A stretch of DNA of 64,000 bases from Macrostomum lignano (taxonomy: Eukaryota), in the NCBI GenBank assembly GCA_002269645.1, contig NIVC01000162.1, positions 62,001 through 126,000 of the forward strand, read 5' to 3'. Positions 56,991 through 64,000 of the stretch are shown here, one piece after another. Both the position numbers and the translations under genes were made by a program. How positions within the stretch are numbered: position 1 is the first letter of the stretch; each line of letters begins with the position of its first letter. The notes below the pieces were generated by a model that made no database searches, was not told where the DNA came from, and was given only the letters and a program-made list of their open reading frames with translations.

Positions 56991-57552
56991 CAACCAGATT
57001 ACCGATAATCCATTCGAAAATCATGTAATTAAAACATGTTAATATTCAGTGGATCGTTGAAAGAAAATAATTTATAAACAGATATTATCATACATATATC
57101 GAGCGAAATTACGACTACTCCTAAATGATTTGGCTTGGGTAAAATAACAATCATTATTTAGCACACGCTGAAGAAAACGAAAAATGAGCAAATTAATAAT
57201 TTAATAATTAATTCGCTTGAAGGACAATTTAAGCTGGGGCGAACACCAAAATCAAAACAACAACAAAAAGTAACTTTTTTTGGGAGGTTGTTTATGAAAG
57301 GCATTTTGAACGGCAAAATATACGGAGGCTATAGCAATGTACTTTTGTACACACACAGACACACACAAGCTCGTGCAAGCACAGACCAAATATGACAATA
57401 ATTATTAATACACTGTATGGCGCAATATCTTTGAATGAATACCTGACTGAACAAGCAGAGCTTGCAATGGCAAATGACTTTGTATTTAATAAATAATTAA
57501 TCAAAATATACCTAATTCTTATTGTATGGCTATTTACCGCAATCATTAGCTC

Positions 57553-58845
57553 AGATCACTCATCTGTGACCTCAGCTGACCTCTGTCACATTCACTCATC
57601 TGTGACCTCAGCTGACCTCTGTCACATTCACTCATCTGTGACCTCAGCTGACCCCTGTCACATTCACTCATCTGTGACCTCAGCTGACCCCTGTCACATT
57701 CACTCATCTGTGGCCTCAGCTGACCTGTCACATTCACTCATCTGTGGCCTCAGCTGACCTGTCACATTCACTCATCTGTGGCCTCAGCTGACCTGTCACA
57801 TTCACTCATCTGTGGCCTCAGCTGACCCCTGTCACATTCACTCATCTGTGACCTCAGCTGACCTCTGTCACATTCACTCATCTGTGACCTCAGCTGACCT
57901 CTGTAACATTCACTCATCTGTGACCTCAGCTGACCTCTGTCACATTCACTCATCTGTGGCCTCAGCTGACCTGTCACATTCACTCATCTGTGACCTCAGC
58001 TGACCCCTGTCACATTCACTCAGGTGACCTCTGTCACATTCACTTATGTGACCTCAGCTGACCCCTGTCACATTCACTCATCTGTGACCTCAGCTGACCC
58101 CTGTCACATTCACTCAGGTGACCTCTGTCACATTCACTCATCTGTGGCCTCAGCTGACCTGTCACATTCACTCATCTGTGACCTCAGCTGACCCCTGTCA
58201 TATTCACTCAGGTGACCTGTCACATTCACTCATCTGTGACCTCAGCTGACCCCTGTCACATTCACTCAGGTGACCTCTGTCACATTCACTCATCTGTGAC
58301 CTCAGCTGACCTCTGTCACATTCACTCAGGTGACCTCTGTCACATTCACTCATCTGTGACCTCAGCTGACCTCTGTCACATTCACTCATCTGTGACCTCA
58401 GCTGACCACTGTCACATTCACTCATCTGTGACTTCAGCTGACCACTGTCACATTCACTCATCTGTGACCTCAGCTGACCTTTGTCACATTCACTCATCTG
58501 TGACCTCAGCTGACCTTTGTCACATTCACTCATCTGTGACCTCAGCTGACCTTTGTCACATTCACTCATCTGTGACCTCAGCTGACCTTTGTCACATTCA
58601 CTCATCTGTGACCTCAGCTGACCTTTGTCACATTCACTCATCTGTGACCTCAGCTGACTTTTGTCACATTCACTCATCTGTGACCTCAGCTGACCTTTGT
58701 CACATTCACTCATCTGTGACCTCAGCTGACCTTTGTCACATTCACTCATCTGTGACCTCAGCTGACCTTTGTCACATTCACTCATCTGTGACCTCAGCTG
58801 ATCTCTGTCACATTCACTCATCTGTGACCTCAGCTGACCCTGACC
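57553..58845. repeat. 36-bp tandem repeat CACATTCACTCATCTGTGACCTCAGCTGACCTCTGT
   Basis: Tandem units with deletion variants. Confidence 0.96.
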
Positions 58846-59395
58846 CCTTGGAGTGACCATGCTATAGACAACAAGAATGGATGAATAGCTAAAACGGCAA
58901 ATACTGCATCGAATAAAATTTCACCAAAGCACACACGACAGCCAATAGTGGCAATTTCTTCTCCAAAAATATTTACAATTAACAAATAAAATAATTAGTT
59001 AATTATCTTTAAGTCCGTTCATTCGCGAACCGACACGACTGGCAAAAGATAGAATCAGTGACAGTTAATTAGCAAATGTTAATTAGATTAGCTCATTATA
59101 AAGACTGAAAGCAGAAACTTGTCTGCAAATCGCATTACTAAAGCAGGACAACTGGCTGAACAAAAGCAAGGGAAACGCAACAACCAAGTTTTTTTAAAGT
59201 ATGCATTATTTATATAGATTTTTTTGGATGACTATATCTTTTTTTCAAGAAAAAAACATACGCAAATAAAATGTACAAGCTATTATCAGTTGAAATTTGT
59301 TGCTGTCAATCAATCAATAAATCAAAGCAAAGCAGAAAATGATTAATCAAAAACCAGAAGCCAGATTTGCAATCAGAATCAGGCAAACAGACACC

Positions 59396-62300
59396 TCAGC
59401 CCGTCGGGGCGCTAGTGGCATAATTGGCCAGCGGGGGGTTGCTGGCGCCCGCCTTGGCTGGGGCGGCGGCGGCGGCGGCGGCTGGCGACGCGCCGGCAGC
59501 GACGGCACCTTCTGATTCGCTCAGACAGCGAGAGTTGCTGCTCCGCTTGCGCACAAAGAATCCATGCGGAGGGACGAACTGCAGAGGATCAGGGTAGGGT
59601 GGGGTGTACAGCGACCCTGACTCGTTAATCGTCAGACCAATTTTGGTGCACAAGACCCAAATTTACACGGCTTAGCACGGAATCAAACCAGGGGGTGGTG
59701 GCGCGAGAGCCAGACACGTTCACCGCTGAGCTGCTCCGCCCCCGCATGCAAAGGCAGGAAATTACACAGGGCATTGGGATAGCAGGGGATAACACAGATA
59801 GTCGGAGGATTGTGACACATGATTATGGTAGGGATTAGCACACAGATGATTAGGAATCAATTGATTGGGATGGATTAGCACACAAGGAACTCAGAAGAGG
59901 ATTAACGAACAAGTGTTTAGGAAAGTAAATTTAGCGCAAAGATGATTAGGAACGGATTAGCACACAACGGTTAAGGAAGGGGATTAGCACACAACGGATT
60001 AGGAAGGGGGATTAGCACACAACGGATTAGGGAGTGGGATTAGCACACAACGGATTAGGGAGTGGGATTAGCACACAACGGATTAGGAAGGGGGATTAGC
60101 ACACAACGGATTAGGGAGTGGGATTAGCACACAACGGTTAAGGAAGGGGGATTAGCACACAACGGATTAGGGAGTGGGATTAGCACACAACGGATAGGGA
60201 GTGGGATTAGCACACAACGGATTAGGAAGGAGGATTAGCACACAACGGATTAGGGAGTGGGATTAGCACACAACGGATAGGGAGTGGGATTAGCACACAA
60301 CGGATAGGGAGTGGGATTAGCACACAACGGATTAGGAAGGAGGATTAGCACACAACGGATTAGGGAGTGGGATTAGCACACAACGGATAGGGAGTGGGAT
60401 TAGCACACAACGGATAGGGAGTGGGATTAGCACACAACGGATTAGGGAGGGGATTAGCACACAACGGATAGGGAGTGGGATTAGCACACAACGGATAGGG
60501 AGTGGGATTAGCACACAACGGATTAGGGAGCTAGGGAATTAGCACACAATGGATTAGGAAGGGGATTAGCACACAATGGATTAGGGAGCTAGGGAATTAG
60601 CACACAACGGATTAGGGAGTGGGATTAGCACACAACGGATTAGGGAGCTAGGGAATTAGCACACAATGGATTAGGAAGGGGATTAGCACACAATGGATTA
60701 GGGAGCTAGGGAATTAGCACACAACGGATTAGGAAGGGGGATTAGCACACAATGGATTAGGGAGTGGGATTAGCACACAATGGATTAGGGAGCTAGGGAA
60801 TTAGCACACAACGGATTAGGGAGGGGATTAGCACAGATGATTTGGGTGCAGAACAGTAAGTATAGTACAGAAACGCAGCAGAGCAGACTCACATTTTCGC
60901 TGCGAAAGTCCTCAACCCGGGTGTACTTGGTGAGCGCCTCGCGCAGCACAGGATGAATGTCTAGCCCGGCTGGGTCAATGGTAGAATAGCGGAACAGGGC
61001 CCAGAATTTCTCAAGGCCGTACAGATTTCCAGCCCGATAATCGGCCTGGGTGACCTCGTTGAAGTCGCGGAACAGGTCCTTGCGGAAGCGGCGCTCCAGT
61101 CCGTAGCTGTAGAAGCGGAACAGGCACTCGAGTCCGTAGCGATGCCCGTGCTCAGAGTCCTCCAGCGCTAGCCGTTTAAACTCGTTGTACATTTTCCAAT
61201 TGAAATTGTCGCGCAGAAAGAACGACCAGAAACGGAATAGAGTGTTCATCTCCTGGGACTGGCCGGGGCCTTCGCGCTCGCGGTCTGCGATTGAGCGATA
61301 GCGTTGCGTTCTCATTTTGCTTGGGACTATGGACATCAGGTTCACTGGACTCGAATCACAGATTATGGTGCTAAACTTCAGATTATGGACCTCAGAGCCT
61401 CAGGAGCTGAACCTTCAGATTATGAACTTCAAAGCCTCAGGAGCTGAACCATTAGATTATGGACTTCAGGGTCTCAGGAGCTGAATCTTCAGGTCATGGA
61501 CTTCAGGGTCTCAGGAGATGAACGTTCAGGTCATGGACTTCAGGGTCTCAGGAGATGAATGCTCAGGTCATGGACTTCAGGGTCTCAGGAGCTGAATCTT
61601 CAGGTCATGGACTTTAGGGTCTCAGGAGCTGAACCTTCAGATTATAGACTTCAGGGTCTCAGGAGCTGAACCTTCAGGTCATGGAATTCAGAACCTCAGG
61701 AGCTGAACCTTCACATTATGGACTTGAGGGGCTCAGGAGGCGAACTTCAGAATATGGACATTTAGATTCATGGGGGCAGCCTACTATAGTCAAGCACTTA
61801 ATTAAGGAAATGAAAATTATCGTACCCTGCAAGCACCGCCTGTGGTAATGATTGTAGTCGACAAAATTGAATCCATGCTCTTGCAGCAGAGACTGCGACG
61901 GATGCGAAAATGCCATGCCAGATTGATGAGGCAGAGAGCCTGGCATGTTGCTGGGCAGGCTGGATGACAGCGAGTACTCGCTGCGGGTTAAAGTTGACAG
62001 CTTTTAGCGATTGAAATTTATGGGTAGTTTGGCGATTTCTCTGGGGCAGTTCAGGTGTGAATCTGTGGCCAGTTCAGGTGTGAATCTGTGGCCAGTTCAG
62101 GTGTGAATCTGTGGCCAGTTCAGGTGTGAATCTGTGGCCAGTTCAGGTGTGAATCTGTGGCCAGTTCAGGTGTGAATCTGTGGCCAGTTCAGGTGTGAAT
62201 CTGTGGCCAGTTCAGGTGTGAATCTGTGGCCAGTTCAGGTGTGATTCTGGAGGCAGTTTAGAGATGATTCTAGGGGCAGTTCAGGGTGATTCTGGTGACA

Positions 62301-63959
62301 GTTCAGGAGTGATTCTGGAAACAGTTCAGGAGTGATTCTGGAAACAGTTCAGGAGTGATTCTGGAGGCAGTTTAGAGATGATTCTAGGGGCAGTTCAGGA
62401 GTGATTATGGAAACAGTTCAGGGGTGATTCTGGAAACAGTTCAGGAGTGATTCTGGAAACAGTTCAGGGGTGATTCTGGGGACAGTTCAGGGGTGATTCT
62501 GGAAACAGTTAAGGGGTGATTCTGAGGACAGTTCAGGGGTGATTCTGAGGGCAGTTCAGGGGTGATTCTGGGGACAGTTCAGGGGTGATTCTGGTGACAG
62601 TTCAGGGGTGATTCTGAGGGCAGTTCAGGGGTGATTCTGGGGACAGTTCAGGGGTGATTCTGAGGGCAGTTCAGGGGTGATTCTGGTGACAGTTCAGGGG
62701 TGATTCTGAGGGCAGTTCAGGGTGATTCTGGTGACAGTTCAGGGGCAATTCTGAGAGCACGATCCTCACCCCAGAAACTCACGATTCTCACCCCAGAATC
62801 TCACGATTCTCACCCCAGAAACTCACGATTCTCACTCCAGAATCTCACGATTCTCACCCCAGAAACTCACGATTCTTACCCCTAGAATCTCACGATTCTC
62901 ACTCCAGAATCTCACGATTCTCACCCCAGAAACTCACGATTCTTACCCCCCAGAATCTCACGATTCTTACCCCCAGAATCTCACGATTCTTACCCCCAGA
63001 ATCTCACGATTCTTACCCCCAGAATCTCACGATTCTTACCCCAGAATCTCACGATTCTCACCCCAGAACAAAAAGTCGCTGATAATTGCTGAAAAGAACA
63101 AAAAATCGCTCAGTTATTTAAAATCGCCCAGCGATTAAAATTCGCTGGGGTGACAACACTGAATCTGAGGGCAGTTCAGGGGCAATTCTGTGAACAGTTC
63201 AGGGGCGGTTCTGAGGGCAGCTCAGGGTCTATATCGGGGAAGTTCGATGGCGATAATCAGGGTAACTCAGGGGTACCACTGAAGTGGTAGTTCAGGTGAT
63301 TCTACTGGTAACCATAGAAAGTACAAGGAATGACTTTAAAAGCTTCATCAGCTACCTAAAGCTGCTACTAGTTGACGAAGTCCTGGACCGGGCGCGGTGC
63401 TCGCGAATGTCGAATAGATAACCGACACTCTGCTCAGCCAGTTGCTGCTGTTGCTGCTGCTGCTGATACCGACCGCCGCCTCCGCCTCCATAGGCGGGGT
63501 AAAACCTGCCGTACGGCGCCGCGCCGCCTTCGCCTCCGCCGCCGTCCTCGACACCGGCTGGCATCCCAGACGATGGCGCCGACTCCTCGGGCACCAGCCG
63601 GAGCCGCCTGCTATCACCGCCGCCACAGCCGTGACGCAGAATGGCCGCCTGATAGTCGGCGATGCCGTCACCAAGCCGCCTGGCCAGCTCGCGGGTCATC
63701 CGGCCGCCGCCGCCGCCTCCTCGCTGGTGCGGCGGACCCCGGCCCCGGCGGGACCCGGAGGCGGGCGCCACCACCAGCAGCCGGTTGATGTCGGCTTCGG
63801 ACACCTCGTCCTCTGTAGTGGAGATCGCCCGCACTCGGCTCCTGACTGGCTGCTGTTGCGCGGGCGCCGCCGGCTGCTGCGAATCGACAGGCTGGTCGGA
63901 GTCGAACTGGAAGTCGAAATCGTCCTGCTGACTGGGCCGCCTGACGGACTGGCCGTCTT
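59396..63959 (-). CDS. LARP1: La-related protein 1, 3' portion including the DM15 domain (5' exons lie beyond the window)
   Basis: Exons (minus): 63959-63356, 61980-61826, 61284-60893, 59578-59396; GT-AG and phase-compatible. Motifs: [104 protein letters not shown]. The cap/TOP-binding Arg, Tyr and Glu positions of DM15 appear conserved. Confidence 0.95.
59950..60835. repeat. 28-bp tandem repeat GGATTAGCACACAACGGATTAGGGAGTG, last LARP1 intron
   Basis: Tandem units run up to the exon donor region. Confidence 0.95.
61365..61760. repeat. 37-bp tandem repeat CTTCAGGTCATGGACTTCAGGGTCTCAGGAGCTGAAT
   Basis: Tandem units in a LARP1 intron. Confidence 0.9.
62045..62752. repeat. 23/24-bp tandem repeat CAGTTCAGG(TGTGAATCTGTGGC/GGTGATTCTGGGGA)
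   Basis: Tandem units whose consensus drifts along the array. Confidence 0.92.
62760..63068. repeat. ~23-bp tandem repeat CTCACCCCAGAATCTCACGATT
   Basis: Tandem units; partly reverse-complementary to the adjacent array. Confidence 0.9.
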
Positions 63960-64000
63960 CTGTGATATTTTTATCGATTAGTTCGATTTATTCTCCACCA

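Noticed and set aside
59950-60835. Interstitial telomeric repeat
   Set aside because: TTAGGG occurs only once within a 28-bp unit, not as tandem hexamers.

Overview
This is eukaryotic (animal) genomic DNA, not prokaryotic. Short GC-rich exons sit among about 35 different minisatellite arrays; the style resembles a repeat-rich flatworm such as Macrostomum, which is an inference only. I assembled four spliced genes by hand from GT-AG sites and codon phase: FoxP (+, 7656-16040, 8 exons), MRE11 (-, 23161-27304, 5 exons, intact), a vesicular glutamate transporter VGLUT/SLC17A6-8 (-, 31858-52542) and the 3' part of LARP1 (-, 59396-63959, continues off the window). Mobile DNA includes a decayed long-TIR DD41D Tc1/mariner element, a hAT-type MITE with a perfect 8-bp TSD, a CORE-SINE relic, and a tRNA-headed SINE duplicated inside a satellite. 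The best leads are two alternative in-frame first exons for VGLUT, a 1-nt frameshift in one VGLUT exon, one minisatellite family in alternating orientation across VGLUT introns, and CpG-depleted domains with heavy C:G to T:A mutation. Most ORF-track entries are translations of tandem repeats. There is no CRISPR array, rRNA or true tRNA gene.
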